Positions 1 to 10,225 of a stretch of 64,000 nucleotides of DNA are shown here, piece by piece. Each line of letters opens with the position of its first letter. Within the stretch, counting starts at the first letter, position 1. The notes beneath the pieces are model-generated. The model searched no databases. It saw only the letters and a list, made by a program, of their open reading frames with translations, and was not told where the DNA came from. A program made the translations under genes and the position numbers. The stretch is from Felis catus. Taxonomy: Eukaryota. The stretch lies in NCBI RefSeq assembly GCF_018350175.1, contig NC_058368.1:159590001-159654000 (forward strand). The letters run 5' to 3'.

Positions 1-387
1 TCTGTGATTTCTCCCAAAATGATGATAGCAACAATAGTGAGTGCACTTACAAAATAAAGGCCAGAGAGCGAGAGTCTTTCCAAAACACAACAGGGAAAAT
101 AACCCGAAATGAGAGAAATGAGATAACCAGCAGATGCTCCAGAATATGGAAGTCATCTGTAAGCGTTTAGTGGGATGGAGAATACTGAAACAGTTCTCCA
201 TTTGCCAGACGCCTGAAATAGAGACAGATGAGCTATTTCTCTGAACTTCAACAACAGCGCCAGCTGAAAAAGCAGACCCTTTCTGCCAAGGGTCACTTGC
301 TGAAACTGTTGACTGTAAATCAGCGTTCTCTTTTTGGACTTAGGGTGCCCAAAAAACACAACCCAAATGTTCTTATGTGCATCTTAC

Positions 388-425
388 CTGGGGCACAAAG
401 ATGATCATCTGTCGTTGCTGAAGGT
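388..425 (-). other. Candidate 38-nt exon (unassigned gene)
   Basis: TAAACTATTTGTCCCCACTTTCACAG|ACCTTCAGCAACGACAGATGATCATCTTTGTGCCCCAG|GTAAGA; two open phases. Confidence 0.25.
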
Positions 426-1098
426 CTGTGAAAGTGGGGACAAATAGTTTACATGTTTTGAACAAAGATAACTCATTATGAAATCCACATATTGTACATG
501 CCATTTTTTCCCTTTCCTTGGCGAGTAAGAAATGTTCCCAAACGAAATAACCCACCTTTCAGCTGCATTGGTAAATAGTGGTAAGGATATTTAGGTCTGG
601 AAATAGTCATGAAAAGGCCCTTTATGTATTTTTTTCTCCCTAAAATAATTGCTGCTGCATTACACCATGTCTTCAAACCTGTTTTAGAAGAAAGGAATGT
701 CTTTGTGTGAAGTGTACTATCTGGAATCCTTTTCCTCAGATTGTTGAGATCATGAGTCTGTTTTTTTGCACTTGCTCCCAGGGTGTCTGAAACATTTAAA
801 AATAACAGTGGGTAGTCAGAGCTGCTCGTGCTGGCAGCGGGTGCCTTACAGTTTGCCGTCATATAAATGTCAATTTTGCTTTCACTTATGGAGCTAAGCA
901 GAGATAAATCCCAGTAGCACTGAAAGAAGTCTATAGATTTCATAGTTTCCTTCATTTCTGTGTGTGGCCTGACCACTCAAACCCAAGCCTCTCTGTTCCT
1001 CTCCATCCTGTTTAACTCCATTACTCTTTTCCTTTAATTTTTCCCGCTCTGTCAAGGGGCTAGCGGGATCGCTAGTGGAGTTAGGATACATTCTAGGC

Positions 1099-1273
1099 CA
1101 GTGGTTCTCATGCTGCGGTCCCAAGACAGCAATATCACCCAGGAACTGTTAGAAATACACATTCTTTATATCTCACCTATTGAAACCGAAACTCTGGAAT
1201 TGAGGTCCAATAATCTGTGTTTTAATAAGCCCTCCAGGTCATTCTGATGCACATCAAATTTTGAGAAACAATG
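1099..1273. mobile_element. MER5A-like hAT-Charlie MITE
   Basis: Begins CAGTGGTTCTCA and ends TTGAGAAACAATG (TIRs); internal AATCTGTGTTTTAATAAGCCCTCCAGGT; 8-bp flanks TTCTAGGC / GTATAGGC. Confidence 0.85.
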
Positions 1274-1897
1274 GTATAGGCCACAATGCAGAATTTCCCC
1301 TAGGAACTCTGCAAACCTTCACCTTCATCACTCTCCATCAAATAACTCTTCATCAAATAACCCCAGTGAATTCCCCCAGCGTGAGGGCCTGAACATTGTC
1401 AGATGCCTCTTTTGCATCAAAACTACGTTGGCCTCAAGGTATAAAAGAAATCCCATTTAAATTAAGGCCGGTGTCAATTTCTGGAATAGGTAATGGTGGA
1501 TTAATTTGCATTAAGAATTTATCCTAGATCAGCAAAACTGATCAGCTAAACTATAGTCCCAATGCCTTCTAAAGATGACACTCCTTTGATTTTCGCCTCT
1601 ACTAATGTATACCAAAAGGGAGATTTTAAAGTCTTGCAGAATAGCACTGCCAGCTGTGTAGAAGACAGGCACTCCCCCTAGTTGGTCGATGGATTATACC
1701 TACCAATGAAGTGTCCTTATAAAAACAGCTGATTCATTATCTTCTTTAATTAGCTTTTGAATATACTACTCAACTGAATGAGGCTTTGCAGGATTTTTTA
1801 GGTTACATTCCAGAAGAATGGATGGTCAAAATATGCAAGTGAGGAACTACAAAGTCAGTGTTTTATGACATTTTAATCTAAAAACTGGTGACATTCA

Positions 1898-2032
1898 GGG
1901 GCACCTGGCTGGTTCAGTTGGTAGAGCATGTGACTCTTGATCTCAGGGTTGTAGTTTCGAGCCCCACACTGGGTGCAGAGTATACTTAAATAAATAAAAA
2001 TTTAAAAAAAATAATAAAATAAAAATAAAATG
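1898..2032 (+). mobile_element. Short Can-SINE (tRNA-like head plus A-rich tail, no CT tract)
   Basis: GGGGCACCTGGCTGGTTCAGTTGGTAGAGCAT head with B-box-like GTTTCGAGCCC; perfect 15-bp TSD AAAACTGGTGACATT at 1881-1895 and 2033-2047. Confidence 0.9.
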
Positions 2033-2148
2033 AAAACTGGTGACATTACAAACATAAAGAAAATATCAAAAGGGGTTTGTGAAGTGACAGAATTTATTAA
2101 TCACCTCAGAACAAAAGTACTGAACTTACATTAAGAAAATAGATGAGG

Positions 2149-2362
2149 AGGGGCGCCTGAGTGGCTCAGGCAGTTGAGTGTCCGACTTCAGGTCAGGTCA
2201 TGATCTCACAGCTTGTCAGTTCGAGCCCTGCATCAGGCTCTGTGCTGACAGCTCAGAACCTGGAGCCTGCTTTGGATTCTGTGTCTCCCTCTCTCTCTGC
2301 CCCTAACCCACTCGCATTCTGTCTCTGTCTCTCTCAAAAATAAATAAACATAAAAAAAATCT
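2149..2362 (+). mobile_element. Can-SINE, felid type (SINEC_Fc-like)
   Basis: GGGGCGCCTGAGTGGCTCAG head, CT-rich tract, AAAAATAAATAAACAT tail. Confidence 0.95.
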
Positions 2363-2368
2363 TATAAA

Positions 2369-2598
2369 GGGGATCCTGGGTTGCTCAGTCAGTTAAACAT
2401 CTGACTTCAGCTCAGGTCACCATCTCATGGCTTGTGAGTTCCAGCTCCGCCTTGGGCTCTGTGCTGACAGCTCGGAGCCTGGAGCCTGCTTCGGATTCTG
2501 TGTCTCCCTCTCTCTCTGCCCCTAACCCATTCGCATTTTGTCTCTGTCCCTCTCAAAAATAAATAAACATTAAAAAAATTTTTTTAAACAAAAAAGAA
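2369..2598 (+). mobile_element. Can-SINE, felid type (SINEC_Fc-like), in tandem with previous
   Basis: Same head/CT/A-tail structure; shares the CCCTAACCCA(C/T)TCGCATT variant with the 2149 copy. Confidence 0.95.
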
Positions 2599-2612
2599 AA
2601 GAAAATAGATGA

Positions 2613-2845
2613 GGGGCACCTGACCTGGGTGGTTCAATCGATTAAGCATCTGACTCTTGATTTCGGCTCAGGTCATGATCTCACCTTCATGAGATGCAGC
2701 CCTGTGTCGGGCTCTGCGCTGACAGTATGTATCTTGCTTGGGATTGTCTGTCTCCTCTGTCTGCCCCTCCACCAGTTCGTGTTCTGTGTTTCTCTCCCCC
2801 AACCCCTCTCTCGAAATAAATTAATAAATGATAAAAAAAAAAAAA
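2613..2845 (+). mobile_element. Can-SINE (more diverged copy)
   Basis: GGGGCACCTG…GGTGGTTCAATCGATTAAGCATCTGACTCTTGA head; TSD AAGAAAATAGATGA at 2599-2612 and 2846-2859. Confidence 0.92.
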
Positions 2846-3004
2846 AAGAAAATAGATGACTGCTTTGTGTTGTGCCTGTCAAAGGTATTGTTGCTAAGAT
2901 CTGTTGGGAGTATTTCCTCAGTGTCACCTACACATAATCTTCAAAGACCCCTGCACATTCCCACGTAGAAATTAGATTCCTTTTTTTTCCCCTTCTCCAT
3001 TCAG

Positions 3005-3016
3005 CCTGTAAACCAG
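3005..3016 (+). other. Candidate 12-nt microexon (unassigned gene)
   Basis: TTCCTTTTTTTTCCCCTTCTCCATTCAG|CCTGTAAACCAG|GTAAGT. Confidence 0.3.
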
Positions 3017-5857
3017 GTAAGTGCCCTCTCCATACTACATCTGTAACCTCTGTTAACCCAGGTCAGAGAAAGATTGCTTCACAGAGGAAAGACTGGCCTA
3101 AGGAAAGGCCAAGAGCTGGAGAAGTGCTCGGTTGTCAAAAATGAATCAGCAGCCCCTTTGCTTTCAAAATGGGAATAAGATTTATTCTTTCTCCAAGAAA
3201 CATCACCATCAAGTATTGTAGCAATGTCTTTCAAACTGAAAATGCCATTTCATTCTGTATTTCTTATTCTTTAAGGGTTGAGAAGACCAAATTGTAACTT
3301 GGTATTGCCCAGGGCTAGCTGAGTTCTGGAGTTGGTGGTCCAAAGGTAAGTTCACCCCCTCTCTGGGCTCAGACCGATAGGCTCAAGCTGTTTCTTCCAG
3401 AACCACATACAGGTCACAGGCCCAAGAATCCCTGAGCCTTTCTTAGCAGGAGCCAGCCAAGCAGCCAAAAGAATTTCAGGCTTCCACAATGATCAGCACA
3501 CAATATACAGTGTTTCAACAGTGAAATGATACCCTTAATTATTAATAATATACTTCAATGCCTGCTACTGGCAGAGAGAACCTCAATGTTCTGAAAAAGC
3601 AAGAAAATATAAAAAAACATAAAAACATTCCTGTTCATTTCAGGAATAATTTTCAACTCAGCTGGAAAGAACAAACCAGTAGGAATGAAGTGGCATCAGG
3701 GTGCTACAAAGGAGTGCACTCATTTCAAGTCAGGGTGTTAAGCACCACTTCTTTGCACCCAGTCCCCACTTTCTCTACCCTACAACTCTCTGAAAGAAGA
3801 GAGTATGCTATGGAGACTGTTATCTGTAGGACTTGGAGGCATTAATGAAACATGAATAGATGCAACCAGCATGCAACAGGGACTGCCTCATGTTTCAATC
3901 ACTTTTGACAAAACCATTTATGCCATACTCTAAGCTCAGAAATGCAGTCCTTGTTGCAAATATAGAGACATTCCACCCTAATGATTAATCTGAATAGTCA
4001 TAGAAGGGGGAAAAATTCACAGGGAATAATTTAAATCTTTCTCTTCTGCACTAGAGGTGAATCAAGTATCAGAGAAATTCTGCCTCTAAAGAAAAACGAA
4101 GGTATTTAGCATTCTAATTTTGGTGGGGTTTTTTTAAAACAATATTTTTTTTTCTCTTCCCCTCTTTAAAATAGATCCAAAACTCAGGCCATATATATTA
4201 CATATACTACATATACTACTTTATACTACATATACAGTATGTATGTATGTAGTACACACACATAGTATTTGGTTGCATTTTAGCACTAAAATCCCTTTTG
4301 TGAAATAAACATTCCTCAGTGTGACACTACATCCCCTAACAATATACCATGATGTTTCCAAAATATAACATTATGTTCTGAACTTAGAGCTATGTGAACA
4401 AATTCTCACCCAAAAGAAAACTAGCAAAGTGCTGTTTTGCTTCCAGTTTCACTTTCCTCATTGTTTTGGAGGAATAAAGAGCAATTTTGTGGTTGAAAAT
4501 GAAAATGTCTTTTCCCATCTGTGATCAGCTCTTCTGACCTGGCAGAAATGACTTGAAGCCTGTGTCTTTCAGGCCTTGAAGTCTTCTGCCCCAAAACTAT
4601 TTCTGCTCAAGAGGACATTCTCAGCAAGTTTAAAGCATCTCAAGTCCTGGTCTACATTTTCTGCTTGATCTTACCTTGCTTTCTTGCATATGTAACTTCT
4701 TACTAGAGTATCATAAGTTCTCTTTTATCCCAAGGCTTCCCAAGAGGAAATGTACTATCTGAGGATGGGACTTGGGGCCATTTCAGGATGCACAGGTAAG
4801 AGTTAAGATTAACTAAGTCTTTAAATCAAAGTGTCTATGGGGCTAGGCTCAGCACAGCGTGCTCTTCATGTAGTATAAAATGTAGACAGATCATTGTGGA
4901 AGCCTAAAATTCTTTTGGCTGCTTGGCAGGTTAAAGTCAAAAATCTTCATCAGTGCCCAAAGTCATTCTTTTATCTCTTTTACCTATTTTATTTTATTGT
5001 CACAAAACAAGGGGCTATAGGGAAAAGCCACTCTTGACAGCGGTAATTTTTTCAAACAAATTATATAACCACTGTGACTAATTTCACATTAAATATTTAC
5101 AAAGCAAGGTAGTTATGTAAAAACAAATGGAACTAAACTTTGGAGAATTAGCTACTAGAACCTTATTGGTGACTGAACTGTTTTTCCATTGGTGTTATAT
5201 AAATAACCTCAAATAGAGAAAAATTAACAATAGATAAAAGTTACTGGATAGAAGTGGTGTTTTTTCTTTAACGGTAGAAATGGAGGAGTGAATTTGTTAA
5301 GAGTTCTATGAAAAATGATATAAATATAAATTTAAATTAGTGAGAATTAATTATTTATTGTATGGTGTTATAAAAATGTTAACATTATTTCAGTTTTAGC
5401 AATTGCAGATGGCATTAAGTACATATTTTAAATCCAATTCCACTCAACAGAACTCAAATTTGAAATTTTCCAAGATCTGTAAAGTTTAAAATCATTCAAA
5501 ATGTGATAACAATATTTTGAAAACTAAACGGAATCAACTACTTTGCAAAATGAAAATTCAATCCATTGATTTTCAAATTTTTTTAAATGAAAAAGCTAAC
5601 ATATTTTTCCCTTCTACCATCCCTTTTTCTTTATATGCCTGCCTCTGCTGGTTCACCCCTTTCAGTGCTTAAATGTTTTCTTCTATGTACAAGATTTATA
5701 GTGGATTTTCATTTCTTTTTTCATAGGCTTCTCAGGTGTCTTAAAATTCCCCTAAAAAGGATACCTTAACAATTTCAGAGGCCAAACACTTTGTATTACC
5801 TCCCCACTCCCTAAAATAAATTAATATCATTCAGTACCTTTAGAAATGAAGAGGTAA

Positions 5858-6079
5858 GGGACGCCTGGGTGGCTCAGTCGGTTAAGCGGCCGACTTTGGC
5901 TCAGGTCATGATCTCACGGTCCGTGAGTTCGAGCCCCGCATTGGGCTCCGTGCTGACAGCTCAGAGCCTGGAGCCTGCTTTGGATTCTGTGTCTCCCTCT
6001 CTCTCTGACCCTCCCCTGTTCATGCTCTGTCTCTCTCTGTCTCAAAAATAAATAAAACATTAAAAAAAAAAAAGAAAAA
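5858..6079 (+). mobile_element. Can-SINE, felid type, young
   Basis: Several CpGs intact; TSD AGAAATGAAGAG(G/T)TAA at 5842-5857 and 6080-6095. Confidence 0.96.
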
Positions 6080-7181
6080 AGAAATGAAGAGTTAAATAGT
6101 GGTGTTATATATCCAAACAAATTATAAACCCATTACATTCTCCTCCAATTAAAAAAAGGATATAACTTTTAGTTAAATAACTTAAGGAATTGAGTTTGAG
6201 TTGTTTTAAAATATGCTGAAAATTGTAATAGAATCTATTGCCATTTGAAAGAAGGAAGAGCTTGTCTGGGCCTATTGACTCTTACCTCTATTAGCATATA
6301 TATCATTGCTGGGCAATGCATGCAACCTACAGAACCTAGCAAAATTTTACCCAGTAGAATAAAGTAGAAGCTGAAAGAGAAGTAATGCCTATGCATTTTC
6401 TAGCATTTTACATTATGGAAGGCTCAGCCATAATAGGTCCCTCTGCAGTAAGAACAGCCTCAAGCGTAAGATGGAAAGAAAAGTTGTAAGTCAATCATTT
6501 CTCTCCTTGCTTTTCCTAAAATGTCAGAAAATCCTACAAATGTGAAGCCAGAAGGGACCTTCAAGATCACCTGATTGACCTGCATTGTTTTAAAAATTAT
6601 GGAACTATGATCTGCAAACTAACAGGCTTATCCAAGGTCATATATCTATGCTCTGAGAAACAGAAACTTAGCTTCTCAACTGTTTCATCAAACAGAGCAG
6701 AGCAGGACACTTACCAGCATGGACCCATAGACATAGATAGCCACATAGATAGCCTAAATGTACTGTTTTAATGAGAAACTGTGCTGCCAGATATGTCACG
6801 TCTCCTTCATGACTACCTCTGCTTTTCCAGTTGGCGGAAATAGCAAAACAGGAAGGAACACAAATCTATTTCTATGGTCAAAGTTTTTCTGATTCAAATG
6901 ATGGTTTTCCCAACTAGCTTAGAGGTTAAAATTTAACTAGTTTGTTGTTAATTCAAAAGTAATGGAAAACATTACCTTGCTTCTGCAATATATAAACTTC
7001 ATACACAAGACTTATGGCCCAGGGGTAAGTTTACCAGTGGCCAGATATGTTAGTAGTCCATAAAGCCACATGGGTTCACAACAGGTTGTTAGGTAGACAA
7101 AGCCCAAAGAACATAGGTTTCTTCATTTATTACATATCATGTACCACCGATAAAGACATTCACCCTAAAGTCTAAGGGTGA

Positions 7182-7188
7182 AATAATA

Positions 7189-7224
<36 letters not shown>
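7182..7224. repeat. (AAT)n trinucleotide microsatellite
   Basis: Seen directly; one AGT interruption. Confidence 0.95.
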
Positions 7225-7799
7225 GAAATGCCTATGATCTGCTCAATTTCTATGCTGGGCAGAAGACGAGGAGATGAGTAAGGAACAGACCTTCCCCTCA
7301 GAGAGTTTGCCTTTGAGCAGGTGAGATATGATGGCATGCACACAAATGACTATAGTTCAAAATAGGTCCCTTCCACTAAAAAAATTATAAGACTCTAAAG
7401 GAACTTAAAAGATCTAGCTTTCTTGGGAACATGAAAAGCATTATGAAATAAGTGGCATGTGAAATAAAACTTGGAAGCTTCCAAAGCCTGGGACTGGCAG
7501 GGAAGATGGAAATGGTTTAGGGCTGATGTGGCCTGGAAGCCACCTCAGACCCTCTCATATGTTCTTTGTCATTTTCCCACCTCTGTGCCTTTGTTCATGA
7601 TGTTTATTCTTCAGAGTTACCTGCCCCCACCTCTCCAGCTCCTCACCTGCTCAATTATTTGTGGAGCAGCCTGGTGGATGGGTATCAAGGGCTGAACACT
7701 CCAGAAATGCCAATAACCACTTGCCAAAGGTTATACCCCCATCTCTGCCTTTAGTGGACCCCCTCCCAACAAAGCTTAACAAAGCACTGCACAAAGAGC

Positions 7800-8080
7800 A
7801 GCTGGACAATATTCATTTACTCTTTCATTCGTATATGTTTACTGAGCACCTTTTAAGTGTGAGAGGCTATGTTAGGAGATAGAGGATATAGACAAAATAA
7901 ATGTGGTCCTCATTTCCATGGACTTTATAGATACATAAATAAACAATTGCAACAATATGATAGATGTTATGCCAGTGGAAGCACAGAATGGTATGGTAGT
8001 ACAAGGCAGGGACACCTCCCCAGATTAGGAGGGTCAAGAGAGTCCAAAGTGAGTGATCAAGGATGATTAGGAGTTAGTAG
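7800..8080 (-). mobile_element. L2 LINE fragment (3' region)
   Basis: ATTCATTTACTCTTTCATTC…TTTACTGAGCACC…ATGTTAGG pattern of the antisense L2 3' end; boundaries approximate. Confidence 0.65.
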
Positions 8081-9418
8081 GTGCCATCGTGCAGCAGAAG
8101 CTTGGAACTGCCACTACTCAGGAAGCATGTTTTTGCAGTGAGGTGTAAAATGGAGGCAGTGACAAGTGGGAACATCAGGCAGTGATGCTGATGCTAGCAC
8201 TTTAAGTAAAAATCTCACAAATACAGTGGGAAAATGAGTTTCCTGACCAAAGGTCAAAGGAAAGGTAGAGGGTTTGTGAAAGGAAAGACTGCCATTGAGA
8301 TTGGGGGCAGGGAATTTATTAAATAAAGGGAAAGGAACCTGAGATAAAGAATGGGGGATTGCAGCCTTTTGAAGCTCTCTCATCACTAATTATGGCCAAG
8401 AGGTCAATCCACCCAAAGTCAGAACAGATAAAGCTTTCTAAAGGACAGGACTTTTTTCATGCAAATGTGTCTTGAAATGCAAACTAAAGAGGGGGGCGGG
8501 GAAGGAAACATAGCGTGAAGGGTAGGAGACTTCGGAAGCAATATCTTTAAACTCAACAAAACAAAAAAACAACCCCTGCAAAACAGGTGGCAAAAACATC
8601 TCTATACAGTAGGTTGCACAGTATGTTCCCTGTAGATAATGTTCATCTACAACTGTTTAAATTCCATCTTTTGAAACGTTACTCTAGATTCTGTCTTTTA
8701 AAACATTACTCCTCCAAACGGAATAGACCTTATGAACATCTTCACTTTATAATTGTAACGGAACAGGGACGTAGAGCCCTCCAATACAAAGGAAATAATC
8801 TTTAAATAACAGAACGACAGCTCTGTGAAAAAACCATACGAGGTGTCCTGTTCAGAGGCTTAGAAAAGAAAAAGAGTAGATTTAAAGATAGGGTACTTGA
8901 CTCCAAAAATGGTGCTGTGAGACTGAATATTGTGGGCTGAGGAAATGTGTTTTGTTCTGTTCTGTTTAATTCTGAGGTTAAAAGCAGTAGTCAAACCATG
9001 ACAGCGAGGAGCTTTCTGCTCTGTTATATTACAGTTCACTTATTTCCCTCCAAATATTAAACAATGCCAAAAAAACTTTTAGTTATTTGGGATGCGATCC
9101 ATTTTCATTTCACTCTTGTCCTTTTTTGGTTGGGAGATGACAGTTTAATATTCCAGGCTCCAAACCAGAGCTTGGCAAATGGATTTAAAAAAAAAAAAAA
9201 AAGTTAAATGCCGTAGGGAAGAAAAAAGGCATGCAATTAATTTTCCACAAGAAACTGTGAAACTGGTGCTAAAGATGAGTATGTTTATTATCTATTTACC
9301 TCATACAATTCTTGAAATCTTTCATAGCACGATAGCATGTCAGTAATTCTACTGAAGTTAGTTAGCTCTTGGTATTATAGTATAAAAATTCACATTTATT
9401 ATATTCTACTTCAGCATC

Positions 9419-9570
9419 TTATTTTATTAATTTTTTAAAAATGTTTATTTATTTATTTTGAGAGACAGAAAGCATGAGCCGAGGAAGGGCAGAGAGAGAG
9501 GGAGAGACAGAATCTCTGCTATGAGTGCAAAGAGTCAGGCATTTAACCGGCTGAGCCACCCAGACGCCCC
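9419..9570 (-). mobile_element. Can-SINE with internal deletion
   Basis: Ends CTGAGCCACCCAGACGCCCC; TSD ACTTCAGCATC at 9408-9418 and 9571-9581; middle of the body is missing. Confidence 0.9.
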
Positions 9571-9662
9571 ACTTCAGCATCATCTGAAATTAAATACAAT
9601 ATAATAAACATAGTGATTAAAAACCCAAGTCTGAGATCTGATTTGAGTTTCAATCTCACTCA

Positions 9663-9852
9663 AGGGGCTCCTGGGTGGCTCAGTTGGTTAAGTGTCCAAA
9701 TCTTGGTTTCAGCTCAGGTCATGGTGTCATTGTTCCTGAGTTCAAGCCCTGCATGAGGCTCTGTGTTGACAGTGAGGAGCCCGCATAATATTCTCTCTCT
9801 CCCTCCCTCTCAAAATAAATTAAAAGAAAAACTGTTTTAAAAATTAATAATA
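9663..9852 (+). mobile_element. Can-SINE
   Basis: GGGGCTCCTGGGTGGCTCAG head; TSD AATCTCACTCA at 9652-9662 and 9853-9863. Confidence 0.92.
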
Positions 9853-10002
9853 AATCTCACTCATGTTTTATAAATTGTGTCACTTTGGGAATGTTACTTA
9901 ACCTCTCTCAGTTTTAGTTGTATCATCTTTAAAGGGATCATATTAATAATTCTAAATTCATTTTGCTTTTCTGAGGATTAAGTAATATAAAAAGAGCTGA
10001 TG

Positions 10003-10225
10003 GGGGTAACTGGGTGGCTCAGTCGGTCGAGTGTCCAAATTCAGCTCAGATCATGATCTCACAATTCATGAGTTTGAGCCCCAGGCAGGTTCTGTGCTGA
10101 CAGCTCAGAGCTCAGAGCCTGCTTCGGATTCTGTGTCTCCCTCTCTCTCTCTGCCCCTCCTCTTCTCATACTCAGTCTGTCTCTCTCTAAAAAATAAATA
10201 AATCTTTAAAAAAATTAAAAAAAAA
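10003..10225 (+). mobile_element. Can-SINE, felid type
   Basis: Head/CT/A-tail; flanks AAAAGAGCTGATG / AAAAAAACTGATG. Confidence 0.93.

Noticed and set aside
476..976. 166-aa minus-strand ORF (GTG start)
   Set aside because: No recognisable domain or family, and no convincing splice boundaries; one ORF of this length is plausible by chance in 64 kb
1898..1975. tRNA-like sequence with A/B boxes
   Set aside because: It is the tRNA-derived head of a Can-SINE with A-tail and TSD, not a tRNA gene
4780..4802. Possible 9-nt microexon CAG|GATGCACAG|GTAAGA
   Set aside because: No pyrimidine tract upstream; likely chance
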